From assembly GCA_964415355.1 (NCBI GenBank), contig CAYPYS010000002.1, forward strand, positions 138,475 to 202,474: 64,000 nt of DNA, written 5' to 3'. This stretch comes from an uncultured Planctomycetia bacterium (GTDB lineage: Bacteria > Omnitrophota > Gorgyraeia > Gorgyraeales > Gorgyraeaceae). The translations under genes and the position numbers were made by a program. The notes below the pieces were generated by a model. The model was not told where the DNA came from. It saw only the letters and a program-made list of their open reading frames with translations, and made no database searches. The first letter of the stretch is position 1, and each line of letters starts with the position of its first letter. Shown one piece after another: positions 47,611-57,029 of the stretch.

Positions 47611-48178
47611 AAGTATACAAATCGTGTTTTTGAATGTATTTCGCTACCTTTTTTGGGACAAAATCACGTATATCCCGACCGTTTCTTATCCTGTCTCTTA
47701 TTTTGGTCGAAGAGATATCTTTAGCGTCGATATCGAGAACTATAAATTCGCCCGATGAGCCTCTGATTTTAAAGCCCGGACGCTTAATGACTATGAACTT
47801 GCAAAGCCTTAGTATTCGCCTGAGGTTTTTCCACTTATCAAGGGCTGTCAATGAATCAGAACCTGTTATAAAAAATATTTCGGCGCGCGAACCGTATCTC
47901 TTCCTGAAATGCCTTAGCGTCTCTACGGAATAAGACCTTCCTTTTCTCTTTAGCTCGACATCTGAGACTTCGAATCTCTTATAGCTCTCTATGGCAAGCC
48001 TGACCATGTCATACCTGTGTCTTGCCTTAGTGACCCTGATGTCTTTTTTATGCGGAGGCAGGTTTGTCGGGATAAAGATCACCTTGTCCAGGCAAAGCCT
48101 GTCGCGGATCTTCTTTGCTAGATGCAAGTGTCCCAGGTGAATAGGATCGAATGTCCCGCCTAATAGCCCTATCTTCAT
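47606..48178 (-). CDS. nadD: Nicotinate-nucleotide adenylyltransferase. The likely start is the MKIGLLGGTFDP ATG at 48178; the track ORF extends to 48271 into lpdA.
   Basis: GGTFDPIHLGH motif. Confidence 0.85.
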   Translation of the reverse strand: MKIGLLGGTFDPIHLGHLHLAKKIRDRLCLDKVIFIPTNLPPHKKDIRVTKARHRYDMVRLAIESYKRFEVSDVELKRKGRSYSVETLRHFRKRYGSRAEIFFITGSDSLTALDKWKNLRRILRLCKFIVIKRPGFKIRGSSGEFIVLDIDAKDISSTKIRDRIRNGRDIRDFVPKKVAKYIQKHDLYTS

Positions 48179-48185
48179 ATCATCT

Positions 48186-49553
48186 CTATAAAGAATGTAT
48201 TGCTCGGTTATGTATTGCCTCGGAGACCTCTTGAACGACTTCGGATAATGTAGGGTGAGCGTGAATGACATCGGCGAGCTTTTCGGATGTTATCCCGAAT
48301 TGAACGCATGGCGAGAACTCAGCTATTAATTCTGTAGCGCGAGGGCCTATTATCTGAGCCCCTAATATCTTGTCACTTTCATTATCCACAACGAGCTTTA
48401 TGAAGCCTTCTGTCTCGCCTAAAACATGCGATTTTCCTGTAGCAGAAAATAAAAATTTTCTGGTGCGCGTCTTTAGTCCTCGCTCCCTGGCTGTCTTATC
48501 GCTTAAGCCGACACTTGAGATCTCTGGCTGCGTGAAAATGCAATTTGGCACCGCATCGTAGTTTAAAACCTTTTCTTTCCCCGATATGTTTTCTACGGCG
48601 CAGATAGCTTCTTTTGAAGCCACGTGGGCCAATAAAATCCCGCCTATCGCGTCACCGACGGCGTATATGTTTTTAACGTTTGTCCTGTAGTACTTATCTA
48701 CTTCTACCCACCCCTTATTGCATTCTATCCCCGCATTCTCTATGCCTAAATCCTTGGTATTGGGAATTCTGCCGACACATACAAGCGCTTTATCAGCAGG
48801 GAATGCTGCGCCGCTTGAAAGCGTCGCGCTGATCCCGCCCTCTTTTTTATCTATTTTTTCTACCTTTGTCTTTGTAAATATTTTTATGCCCTTCTTTTTG
48901 AATATCTCGGAAATTTTTCTTACTATTTCAGCGTCTTCATTTGGCAAGAGCTGATCCATCATCTCGATTATCGATACCTCTGAACCAAATGACCTGAAAA
49001 TAGATGCGAATTCGCATCCGATAACGCCTCCGCCGACTATAACTATGCTTTTTGGCACGCTTTGTAACGCCAGCATATGAGAACTCGACAAGATATAGGT
49101 TCCATCATAAGGTATGCCCGGTATTTCAAAAGGAAGGGAGCCTGTGGCTATAAGTATGTTTTTCGCCTCTACCTCTTCCTCATCAGATATTACATGCGCG
49201 GCATCTTTTATTTTTGCTTTTTGCTTAACAAGGTCGATCTTTCTCGCTTTTACAAGCATTTCTATGCCAGAGGAAAGTTTTTTAACGATCTTTTCCTTTC
49301 TTTCCTGCACCTTTGAAAAATTTAAATTGCACTCTTTCACGTCTATGCCAAACTCATCCGCGCGTTTTATGCTCGAATACAGGCTGCTGGAAACAGACAG
49401 CGCCTTTGTAGGTATGCAACCCCAGTTAAGACACACGCCCCCTATTTTTTCTTTTTCAAAAAGACAGACATTCAGACCCAGCTGGGCTGCTCTAACAGCC
49501 GCGACATAACCTCCAGGCCCAGAACCTATTATTACCAGGTCATATTTTTTCAT
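48186..49553 (-). CDS. lpdA: Dihydrolipoyl dehydrogenase
   Basis: MKKYDLVIIGSGPGGYVAAVRAAQLGL start with the redox-active CLNWGCIPTK motif. 455 aa. Confidence 0.85.
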   Translation of the reverse strand: MKKYDLVIIGSGPGGYVAAVRAAQLGLNVCLFEKEKIGGVCLNWGCIPTKALSVSSSLYSSIKRADEFGIDVKECNLNFSKVQERKEKIVKKLSSGIEMLVKARKIDLVKQKAKIKDAAHVISDEEEVEAKNILIATGSLPFEIPGIPYDGTYILSSSHMLALQSVPKSIVIVGGGVIGCEFASIFRSFGSEVSIIEMMDQLLPNEDAEIVRKISEIFKKKGIKIFTKTKVEKIDKKEGGISATLSSGAAFPADKALVCVGRIPNTKDLGIENAGIECNKGWVEVDKYYRTNVKNIYAVGDAIGGILLAHVASKEAICAVENISGKEKVLNYDAVPNCIFTQPEISSVGLSDKTARERGLKTRTRKFLFSATGKSHVLGETEGFIKLVVDNESDKILGAQIIGPRATELIAEFSPCVQFGITSEKLADVIHAHPTLSEVVQEVSEAIHNRAIHSL

Positions 49554-49557
49554 ATTT

Positions 49558-49584
49558 AGATTCCCGCTTCCGCGGGAATGACAT
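49558..49584. repeat. GC-rich hairpin element (second repeat family), copy 2
   Basis: agattcccgcttccgcgggaatgacat: an 8-bp stem ATTCCCGC/GCGGGAAT, 5-6 nt upstream of the lpdA ATG, with GGGA in the stem arm. Confidence 0.7.
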
Positions 49585-49587
49585 TGC

Positions 49588-49625
49588 TTAAGTATACTTT
49601 TAACAATGTTAAAAGTATACTTAAG
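49588..49625. repeat. REP-like repeat copy, GTATACT-arm subtype (perfect palindrome)
   Basis: ttaagtatacttttaacaatgttaaaagtatacttaag. Confidence 0.9.
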
Positions 49626-49646
49626 CGTTGAAATGTAAAGTTAGAG
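49626..49646. repeat. REP-like repeat half-copy
   Basis: cgttgaaatgtaaagttagag (right arm only). Contains the mdh stop. Confidence 0.7.
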
Positions 49647-50525
49647 TTTGTTTATGCCTTCTCTTATTTTTTCAGCGGATTTCTTGAAAGCCTTTTTTTC
49701 TTCGCCAGAAAGCCCTATTTCGATTATTTCTTTTATTCCCGTGCTCCCCAGCACAACAGGCACTCCTATATAGATATCCTTTTCGTCATACTGACCATCA
49801 AGATATGAGCTGACGCATATTGTTTCTTTTTCGTCGTTTAATATCGCTTTTAGCATGCGAAACACTGCTGCGGAAGGCGCGAAATAAGCGCTCCCTGTCT
49901 TTAGATGTGATACTATTTCAGCGCCCCGATTCCGGGCTATTTCCGAGGATTCGTTAAAGATGTTTTGCTGGAGTTCTTTGGATCTATTGACGGGCAGCAT
50001 GGTATCTCCGTGGCTACCCATCATGAAAATATTATCCTTGTCTAGAGACTCGGTCCTCTGGGAAACTGCGTTGAAAAACCTGGTCGTATCCAATAGGCCC
50101 GCCATGCCAATGACTTTCTTTGGATCGAATCCTGTTGTTTTCATGACAAGATAGGTCATTACGTCGAGCGGGTTTGTCACGACGATTACTATGGATAGAG
50201 GGCAAAGTTTTTTTATGTGGCTAGATATATCTTTGAGGATCGCGGCATTTTTTTTCAAAAGATCATCCCGCGACATGCCTGGTTTTCGGGCGAGCCCTGC
50301 TGTTACAACGACTATGCCGGCGCCTTTGATATCGCTGAAATTCTCTGTACCGGTTATCTTGGATTTCGAGTCAAAGATAGGCCTCGCGTCGGAAATGTCC
50401 AGTGCTTTGCCTTTTGCCAGGCCAGGCACTATGTCGAGCAGGACAACATCTGCGAGCCCGGCATCTGCGACCCTAGATGCTATCATTGCGCCAACGTTCC
50501 CTGCTCCTATTACCGCGATCTTCAC
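49641..50525 (-). CDS. mdh: Malate dehydrogenase (LDH-like MDH family). The likely start is a GTG (VKIAVIGAG) with an AAGGAGG SD; the track start 50555 is a repeat-derived extension.
   Basis: KIAVIGAGNVGAMIA Rossmann motif and full-length Ldh/Mdh family similarity. Confidence 0.85.
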   Translation of the reverse strand: MKIAVIGAGNVGAMIASRVADAGLADVVLLDIVPGLAKGKALDISDARPIFDSKSKITGTENFSDIKGAGIVVVTAGLARKPGMSRDDLLKKNAAILKDISSHIKKLCPLSIVIVVTNPLDVMTYLVMKTTGFDPKKVIGMAGLLDTTRFFNAVSQRTESLDKDNIFMMGSHGDTMLPVNRSKELQQNIFNESSEIARNRGAEIVSHLKTGSAYFAPSAAVFRMLKAILNDEKETICVSSYLDGQYDEKDIYIGVPVVLGSTGIKEIIEIGLSGEEKKAFKKSAEKIREGINKL

Positions 50526-50536
50526 GAATACCTCCT

Positions 50537-50577
50537 TAACTTTACATTTCAACAACGTTAAAGTGTAAAGTTAGAGC
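50537..50577. repeat. REP-like palindromic intergenic repeat copy
   Basis: ttaactttacatttcaacaacgttaaagtgtaaagttagag, between icd and mdh. It overlaps the AAGGAGG SD region of mdh. Coordinates may be off by 1 nt. Confidence 0.9.
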
Positions 50578-51665
50578 TTGGCGATTATGGCGTCTGCCAT
50601 CTGGCTCGTGCCAACAGCAGTAGGATCATTGCGATCCTCTTTTAGATCATAGGTAACGCTTTGATTTTCGCTTATGACGTCAGCAACAGCCTTTTCAAGC
50701 CTATCAGCAGCTTTATCTTCATTTAAATACCTGAGCATCAACACGCCTGACAATATCATTGCCGTAGGGTTTACCTTATTAAGTCCGGCATACTTTGGGG
50801 CGCTGCCGTGTATCGCCTCGAATAAAGCTGCGGTATCTCCTATATTTGCTCCAGGGGCAACGCCTAATCCGCCTGCAAGCCCTGCACAAAGGTCTGACAA
50901 GATATCACCGTACAGATTCGGAAGCACTAAAACATCATATAATTCAGGTTTCTGCACCAGCTGCATGCACATATTGTCCACGATCCTGTCTTCGAATTCA
51001 ATTTTTCCCTCGTATTTCTTAGCCACTTCTCTTGCTACGCTGAGGAATAATCCGTCGGTTTCCTTCATGATGTTGGCTTTATGCACGGCTGTTACTTTTT
51101 TTCTCTTGTTTTTTACCGCATAATCAAAGGCGAATTTTACTATCCTCTCTGACGCGCTTCTGGAAATAGGCTTTATCCCGATAGCAGAATCATTCTTTAC
51201 GGCAGAGCCGCTCATGCTCTCTATACACTTGATCATATCCTTGGTGTTTTTCTTGCCCTCTGAAAATTCTATGCCTGCGTAGAGATCCTCTGTGTTTTCC
51301 CTGACAACGACCAGATCTGTATTGGGATACTTGGTTTTAACGCCTTTGTATATTTTGCACGGCCTCAAACACGCATAAAGATCCAGGGCCATTCTCAGCC
51401 TGACATTGACTGACCTGAAACCTTTACCTACAGGCGTAATAATAGGTCCTTTTATGGCGACCTTATTGTTTCTTATAGAATCCAAGGTTTCATCGGGAAG
51501 AGGGGTACCGAATTTGCCAATAGCCTCTTCGCCGGCTATCTGCTCCTCCCACTCTATTTTCACGCCAGTAGCGTCTATGCATCTCTTTGCAGCCAGGCTG
51601 ACTTCTTTGCCTATGCCGTCTCCAGGGATCAGTGTGATTTTATGTGACAATGTTAAGCCCTCCAT
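50571..51665 (-). CDS. icd: Isocitrate dehydrogenase (E. coli-type IDH fold of the isocitrate/isopropylmalate dehydrogenase family)
   Basis: [21 protein letters not shown], matching the IDH substrate-binding S-x-N…R…R motif. Also …[37 protein letters not shown]. Confidence 0.8.
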   Translation of the reverse strand: MEGLTLSHKITLIPGDGIGKEVSLAAKRCIDATGVKIEWEEQIAGEEAIGKFGTPLPDETLDSIRNNKVAIKGPIITPVGKGFRSVNVRLRMALDLYACLRPCKIYKGVKTKYPNTDLVVVRENTEDLYAGIEFSEGKKNTKDMIKCIESMSGSAVKNDSAIGIKPISRSASERIVKFAFDYAVKNKRKKVTAVHKANIMKETDGLFLSVAREVAKKYEGKIEFEDRIVDNMCMQLVQKPELYDVLVLPNLYGDILSDLCAGLAGGLGVAPGANIGDTAALFEAIHGSAPKYAGLNKVNPTAMILSGVLMLRYLNEDKAADRLEKAVADVISENQSVTYDLKEDRNDPTAVGTSQMADAIIAKL

Positions 51666-52137
51666 GTTTCTTGTAAAGATTTACTATGCCGCCTTCTTCT
51701 ATCAGCGCTCTCTGAAATTTATTAAAAGGCTTTATATCCAGACGCTTGCCTTTCTTGGTAGAAATAATGCCTTTTTTTAAATCTACCTCCAACTCCTCGC
51801 CTTCTTTTATCAAGCTAGTGTTGCACTCGATAAGAGGAAGCCCCAGGTTAAAGGCATTCCTGTAAAATATCCTGGCAAAGCTTTTTGCCAGCACCGCGTG
51901 ACAACCCGCATGCTTGATAGCCAGGGGTGCTTGTTCGCGAGATGATCCGCACCCAAAGTTTTTACCAGCTACAACAAAAAATGACTTGCCGTGAAGCTCT
52001 CTGTAAAAATTTGGATTAGCATCTTCGAACACGTGCTTCGCCAGCTCATCAGGATCTGTGATGGAAAACTTGTATCTGCCGGAAATAATGAGATCTGTAT
52101 TTATGTCGTTGCCGAACTTATACGCTAGACCTTTCAT
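51640..52137 (-). CDS. Aconitase-family small subunit (LeuD-like swivel domain)
   Basis: 165 aa, [23 protein letters not shown]… LeuD/HACN small-subunit family. Confidence 0.7.
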   Translation of the reverse strand: MKGLAYKFGNDINTDLIISGRYKFSITDPDELAKHVFEDANPNFYRELHGKSFFVVAGKNFGCGSSREQAPLAIKHAGCHAVLAKSFARIFYRNAFNLGLPLIECNTSLIKEGEELEVDLKKGIISTKKGKRLDIKPFNKFQRALIEEGGIVNLYKKHGGLNIVT

Positions 52138-52153
52138 TGTTCACTCGCTCTCC

Positions 52154-52193
52154 TAACTTTACACTTTAACATTGTTGAAATGTAAAGTTAGAG
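52154..52193. repeat. REP-like palindromic intergenic repeat copy
   Basis: taactttacactttaacattgttgaaatgtaaagttagag. Contains the pilT stop, upstream of the leuD-like start. Confidence 0.9.
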
Positions 52194-53237
52194 GTGGCGT
52201 GCCTCCTCAGGGTGCTTTACATATGTCTTGTAGGTGTCAACGCTTATTACACCCTTTTGGAAAAGGGCTTTTAGCGACTTATCCATAGTATGCATGCCGT
52301 ACTGAAAACCTGTTTGAATATGCGTCAAGAGCTGCTCTGTTTCCTGCTCGCGAACAAGATTTCTTACCGCAGACGTGGCGACCATTACTTCTGTCGCCAG
52401 TACCCTGCCAGGCCTATCCACTCTGGGCAAAAGCTGCTGACTGATGACGCCCTGAAGCGCCCCTGCCAGCTGGATCTTGACCTGCTGCTGCTGATAAGGA
52501 GGAAATACATCTATAATCCTATCTATTGTCTGGGTCGCGTCAGGAGTATGCAGGGTGGCTAATACCAAATGTCCTGTTTCTGCCGCTGTCAACGCAGTAG
52601 AAACTGTCTCCAGGTCTCTCATTTCGCCTACAACTATTACATTGGGGTCCTGCCTCAAGGCATGAGTCAATGCATTTGCAAAAGACCTGGTATCAGAATA
52701 GACCTCTCTCTGTTTTACGACGCTGCGCCTATTTATATGCATATATTCTATAGGGTCCTCTACCGCGATAATTATGGATTGTCGTTCATGATTGATAAAA
52801 TTTATCATGGACGCCATGGTCGTGGTTTTTCCGACACCCGTGGGCCCGGTAATGAGGACCAGGCCCTGGGTCTTGCGCGCCAGATCCGTGACCACAGGGG
52901 GCAAGCCAAGCTCTTCAAAGGTTTTTATACGCAGAGAAACCATTCTAAACGCTGCTTCGACATTGCCTCTCTGCATATGCACATTGACGCGAAATCTGTT
53001 CAAGCCAGGCACTTCGAAAGAAAGATCCAGCTCCAGGTCTCTTTCAAAAATAGCTTTCTGTTTATCGTTTAATATACTATATATCAAACGCTTTGCGTCT
53101 TCTCTTGTTATTTTTGCAAATTCTGAAAGCGGGATAAGCCTGCCATCCACTCTGACAATGGGCACTGAATTAACGGTTATATGAAGATCAGACGCATTTT
53201 TTTCGCTCGCGATTCTTAAAAGACCTCTGAGATCCAT
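52188..53237 (-). CDS. pilT: Type IV pilus retraction ATPase PilT
   Basis: 349 aa with Walker A (GPTGVGKTTT), Asp box and His box. PilT length with no N-terminal T2SSE_N domain. Confidence 0.9.
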   Translation of the reverse strand: MDLRGLLRIASEKNASDLHITVNSVPIVRVDGRLIPLSEFAKITREDAKRLIYSILNDKQKAIFERDLELDLSFEVPGLNRFRVNVHMQRGNVEAAFRMVSLRIKTFEELGLPPVVTDLARKTQGLVLITGPTGVGKTTTMASMINFINHERQSIIIAVEDPIEYMHINRRSVVKQREVYSDTRSFANALTHALRQDPNVIVVGEMRDLETVSTALTAAETGHLVLATLHTPDATQTIDRIIDVFPPYQQQQVKIQLAGALQGVISQQLLPRVDRPGRVLATEVMVATSAVRNLVREQETEQLLTHIQTGFQYGMHTMDKSLKALFQKGVISVDTYKTYVKHPEEARHL

Positions 53238-53250
53238 AATTAACCTCTCT

Positions 53251-54495
53251 TTATAAATATTTCCTAGGGTCTGTGATCTTGCCTTCTATGGCAGAAGCAG
53301 CCACTGTGGCCGGGGACCCGAGATATATAAATGCGTCCGGATTCCCCATTCTTCCCTTAAAATTCCTGTTCGCGGTCGAAATCACGTTTTCGCCTTTGGC
53401 CGGTACGCCATTATGCGTGCCCACGCAAGGACCGCAGCCAGGGGCGACTACGCAAGCACCAGCCTTGACAAAGTCCGCAATAATACCTGCTTTAAGCGCT
53501 TTTTCAAAGATAGATTTCGAGGCCGGGGCGACTATCATCTTTACGTATTTATGGACCTGTCCTTTTTTCAAGACAGAGGCCGCTATCTTTAGATCTTCCA
53601 GCCTGCCGTTCGTGCACGTGCCGACAAAAGCCTCATCTATCTTTATATTCTTTAGTCGGTTAATGGGCTTAACATTATCAACTGTATGGGGCCTTGCGAC
53701 CTGCGGCGTGATTTTACTGACGTCGTATTCGATGACTTCGGAATAATGGGCGTCTCGGTCACTTTTTATTTTACGGGCAGTGGAACGCAAATATTTAAAT
53801 GTCTTTTCGTCAGGTTCGATCATGCCTGCCTTTGCCCCCATTTCAATGGCCATATTGGTGATAGTGAATCTAGCATCCATACTGAGACGCCTTATATAAT
53901 CTCCGGTAAATTCTACTGCTTTGTAAGTGCAATAATCTGCTCCCAGGTCCCCTATTATATAAAGTATGATATCTTTTGAAAAAGTACCTTTTTTAGCCTT
54001 GCCCTTCAAAATAATCTTTACGGTCTCCGGCACCTTGAACCAATTTTTACCAGAGGCCAAAGCCACTGCCAGATCAGTCGATCCCATGCCAGTGGAAAAA
54101 GCCCCTAAGGAGCCGTACGTGCACGTATGAGAATCAGCACCCACGACCAGGTCGCCTGGTTTGACAAGCCCTGATTCAGGGATGACCTGATGACACACGC
54201 CCTGGCCGATATCAAATATCTTCACGCCCCTGTCATGTGCAAAATCACGCATTTTTTTATGTATCTGGGATACTCCGATATTCGGGCTGGGGGCGCTGTG
54301 ATCAATGACCATGCAGAATTTATTTTTATTAAAGACCTTTTTCGCGCCTATTTTTTTGAATGAGTCTATAATAAGGGAGCTGGTCCCGTCCTGGCCAAAG
54401 CAAAAATCTACATCACATACAGCCACGTCTCCGGCCTTCACGTCTTTTCCGCAATGTGAGCTAAATATCTTCTCTGCTATGGTCTTACCCATCAC
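53251..54495 (-). CDS. Aconitase-family large subunit (LeuC/HACN-type, ~415 aa short form)
   Basis: Fe-S cluster Cys residues (…GTCTNGRLEDL…, …VAPGCGPCVG…) in the archaeal-type LeuC architecture. Confidence 0.75.
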   Translation of the reverse strand: MMGKTIAEKIFSSHCGKDVKAGDVAVCDVDFCFGQDGTSSLIIDSFKKIGAKKVFNKNKFCMVIDHSAPSPNIGVSQIHKKMRDFAHDRGVKIFDIGQGVCHQVIPESGLVKPGDLVVGADSHTCTYGSLGAFSTGMGSTDLAVALASGKNWFKVPETVKIILKGKAKKGTFSKDIILYIIGDLGADYCTYKAVEFTGDYIRRLSMDARFTITNMAIEMGAKAGMIEPDEKTFKYLRSTARKIKSDRDAHYSEVIEYDVSKITPQVARPHTVDNVKPINRLKNIKIDEAFVGTCTNGRLEDLKIAASVLKKGQVHKYVKMIVAPASKSIFEKALKAGIIADFVKAGACVVAPGCGPCVGTHNGVPAKGENVISTANRNFKGRMGNPDAFIYLGSPATVAASAIEGKITDPRKYL

Positions 54496-54503
54496 GGCTC
54501 CCC

Positions 54504-54519
54504 AAAGTGTAAAGTTAGG
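54504..54519. repeat. REP-like repeat half-copy
   Basis: aaagtgtaaagttagg. Contains the pnp stop, upstream of the leuC-like gene. Confidence 0.6.
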
Positions 54520-56581
54520 CTTGCTTGATGCTTAGGTTCAGCCTGCCCATCTCATCTATTTTGATAAGTTTGACTTTTACTTTATCGCCTATCTTTACGG
54601 CATCCTCTACATTCTTAATAAATTTACCGGAAAGCTCAGACACATGAATCAGGCCTTCCTTACCTGGGAATATTTCGCAAAACGCGCCAAAGTTCATTAT
54701 GCGCGTAATGGTTCCTTCGAATACAGATCCCACTTCAAGATCCCCTGTTATGCCTTTTATCATCTCCATGGCTTTATCGATAGCCTCTTCGTTGTCCGAA
54801 GCGACAGATACCTTGCCATCATCGTCTACTTCAACAGTAGCGCCTGTATCTGCGATTATCTTTTTTATGATCTTGCCGCCAGGGCCTATTACGCTCCTGA
54901 TCTTATCCTTCTCTATAGTGATACTTTTTATCTTAGGCGCATACTCGGAAAGTTCTTTTCTAGGGGATCCAATTGCCTCTGAGATCTTCTTCATTATAAA
55001 TTCCCTGGCAGGCGCAGCCTGTTTCATTATCTTCTTTATTAAATCAATGTCTATGCCGTCGATCTTCAGGTCCATCTGAAGAGCAGTAATGCCCTCGTCC
55101 GTACCTGTGACTTTAAAGTCCATATCGCCGAAATGATCCTCGACGCCCGCAATATCTGTCAGGATAGCGCTGTTCTTTCCTTCCTTGACCAAGCCCATGG
55201 CTATGCCTGTCACAGGTTTCTTGATCGGAACGCCCGCGTCCATTAGAGAAAGCGTACCAGCGCAAACAGTCGCCATACTGCTAGACCCATTGGACTCAAG
55301 GACCTCTGATACCATCCTTACTGTATAAGGAAAATCTTCGTTAGAGGGCATAACTGCTTTAAGCGCCCTCTCGGCCAATGCGCCGTGCCCGATCTCTCTT
55401 CTGCCGGGTCCTCGCACAGGCTTCACTTCTCCGACGCTAAATGGCGGAAAATTATAATGCAGCATAAAACTCTTGAACTTCTCTCCTTCTAATGTATCGA
55501 GGCGCTGTTCGTCTTGGCCTGTGCCAAGCGTAGTGACGGCGAGACTCTGGGTCTGCCCCCTTGTAAACAAACCAGAGCCATGAGTCCTTGGCAACACGCC
55601 TACTTCACAGGTTATTTCTCTGAGATCTTCGTGTTTTCTGCCATCCACCCTCTTTTCTTTCTCCAGAACAGACCTTCTGACCCCTTCTTTTTCGACTTTA
55701 TGCAATGCGCTCTTTATATCAGCATCTTCGAGTGTTTCATCGTCAGTCTTTAATTTTTCTATTATTTTGTTGCTTAATACCTCGATCGCCTCTTCTCTCT
55801 GCTCTTTTGCAGGAAGCAAATATATCTTTTCAAGTTCAGATGAAGATAAATCCTGAACCTTTTTGTGCAACTCTTTTGATATGATCTTGCATTCTGGTTC
55901 AAACTTTTTCTGTCCACACTTCTTTTGCAAGCCCAGCTGCAACTCTATGGTCTGATCGATATAGTCCTGCGCAAGCTCTATAGCCTCGAGCATCTTTTCT
56001 TCTGAGATCTCTTCAGCACCTGCCTCAAGCATTACAAGCTTACCCTTGAGCCCTACTGCTACAAGGTTCAGTTTGCTGTTCTCGAGTTCTTCAAAAGTAG
56101 GGTTCACGATAAATTTATCGTCTTTCAGGCCGATCCTCACTGCGCCAACAGGGCCTCCAAACGGAATATCCGAAATAGTCAATGCGCACGAGGCGCCTAT
56201 TATAGCAAGGATATCCGAATCATTCTCCCCGTCACTAGAAAGCACTATGGCATAAACTTGTACATCATTCATAAAGCCTTCGGGAAACAGTGGCCTTATA
56301 GGCCTGTCTGTCAGGCGGGCAGTCAAGATCTCCTTTTCCGTAGGCCTGCCTTCTCGCTTAAAATATCCACCTGGTATCTTGCCGGCCGCATAGGTCTTTT
56401 CCTGGTATTCGACTGTAAGAGGGAAAAAGCCTATGCCTTCTCTTATCTTTTTTGAGCACGTCGCCGCGACCAAGACCACTGTGCCGCCATACTGCACGCA
56501 GACTGCGCCATTTGCCTGCTTTGCCATCCTGCCTGTTTCTATAATAAGATTCTCGTTTCCTATTTTGCTTTCGACTTTCAT
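54515..56581 (-). CDS. pnp: Polyribonucleotide nucleotidyltransferase (PNPase)
   Basis: 688 aa with two RNase PH domains plus KH and S1 domains. Its stop lies in a repeat half-copy. Confidence 0.95.
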   Translation of the reverse strand: MKVESKIGNENLIIETGRMAKQANGAVCVQYGGTVVLVAATCSKKIREGIGFFPLTVEYQEKTYAAGKIPGGYFKREGRPTEKEILTARLTDRPIRPLFPEGFMNDVQVYAIVLSSDGENDSDILAIIGASCALTISDIPFGGPVGAVRIGLKDDKFIVNPTFEELENSKLNLVAVGLKGKLVMLEAGAEEISEEKMLEAIELAQDYIDQTIELQLGLQKKCGQKKFEPECKIISKELHKKVQDLSSSELEKIYLLPAKEQREEAIEVLSNKIIEKLKTDDETLEDADIKSALHKVEKEGVRRSVLEKEKRVDGRKHEDLREITCEVGVLPRTHGSGLFTRGQTQSLAVTTLGTGQDEQRLDTLEGEKFKSFMLHYNFPPFSVGEVKPVRGPGRREIGHGALAERALKAVMPSNEDFPYTVRMVSEVLESNGSSSMATVCAGTLSLMDAGVPIKKPVTGIAMGLVKEGKNSAILTDIAGVEDHFGDMDFKVTGTDEGITALQMDLKIDGIDIDLIKKIMKQAAPAREFIMKKISEAIGSPRKELSEYAPKIKSITIEKDKIRSVIGPGGKIIKKIIADTGATVEVDDDGKVSVASDNEEAIDKAMEMIKGITGDLEVGSVFEGTITRIMNFGAFCEIFPGKEGLIHVSELSGKFIKNVEDAVKIGDKVKVKLIKIDEMGRLNLSIKQA

Positions 56582-56592
56582 AATATCTCCTT

Positions 56593-56620
56593 GAAAAAAA
56601 AGGCGGATAAAAATCCGCCC
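56593..56620 (-). terminator. Intrinsic terminator/attenuator hairpin between rpsO and pnp
   Basis: Minus strand: GGCGGAT-loop-ATCCGCC, followed by an 8-9 U tract and then the pnp SD (AAGGAGATATTA-ATG). Confidence 0.6.
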
Positions 56621-56679
56621 GTAAACCCGGCGTCGCTCAGCTAATTAACATAAATTATAGAGCAAGGCCAGGGACATCT

Positions 56680-56946
56680 CTATTTTTTTAACTTTAAGCT
56701 CTCTACGAGTTCGCGATACTTTTCCGCATTCTCTCTTTTTAAATACCCTAATAAGCTTTTTCTCTGGCTGACTAGACGTAAAAGCCCTACCCTCGAATTA
56801 AAATCCTTCTTATGGGTCTTAAAATGGTCTGTTAGGCCATTAATCCGCTTGGTCAATAAAGCTACCTGCACGCTACAGGAACCAGTATCCTTCTCGTGCT
56901 CTGCGAAATCCTTTATGATCTTCTTCTTTTCCTCGCTTTTTACCAC
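56680..56946 (-). CDS. rpsO: 30S ribosomal protein S15
   Basis: 88 aa, …VQVALLTKRINGLTDHFKTHKKDFNSRVGLLRLVSQRKSLLGYL…. Confidence 0.9.
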   Translation of the reverse strand: MVKSEEKKKIIKDFAEHEKDTGSCSVQVALLTKRINGLTDHFKTHKKDFNSRVGLLRLVSQRKSLLGYLKRENAEKYRELVESLKLKK

Positions 56947-57029
56947 TGTCTTAACTCCTCTCTTATTCTCTGTTATAGAGCCAAATTATACTATGCTTTA
57001 GAATCCAGGTCAAGTGTTTTATTGCTACC

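Noticed and set aside
48186-48271. An 86-nt overlap between nadD (track 47606-48271) and lpdA.
   Set aside because: The nadD N-terminal extension lacks similarity. The conserved MKIGLLGGTFDP start at 48178 places nadD 8 nt downstream of the lpdA stop, removing the overlap.
13322-50568. ORFs beginning 'MLKCKV…' (13322-13504, 28437-28718) or ending '…[10 protein letters not shown]' on the plus strand (15911-16621, 27548-27922, 39324-39518, 50191-50568) as real genes.
   Set aside because: The N- and C-termini are translations of the palindromic repeat, with TTG/ATG and stops supplied by the element. The bodies lie antisense to well-supported conserved genes. They are shadow ORFs and annotation artefacts.
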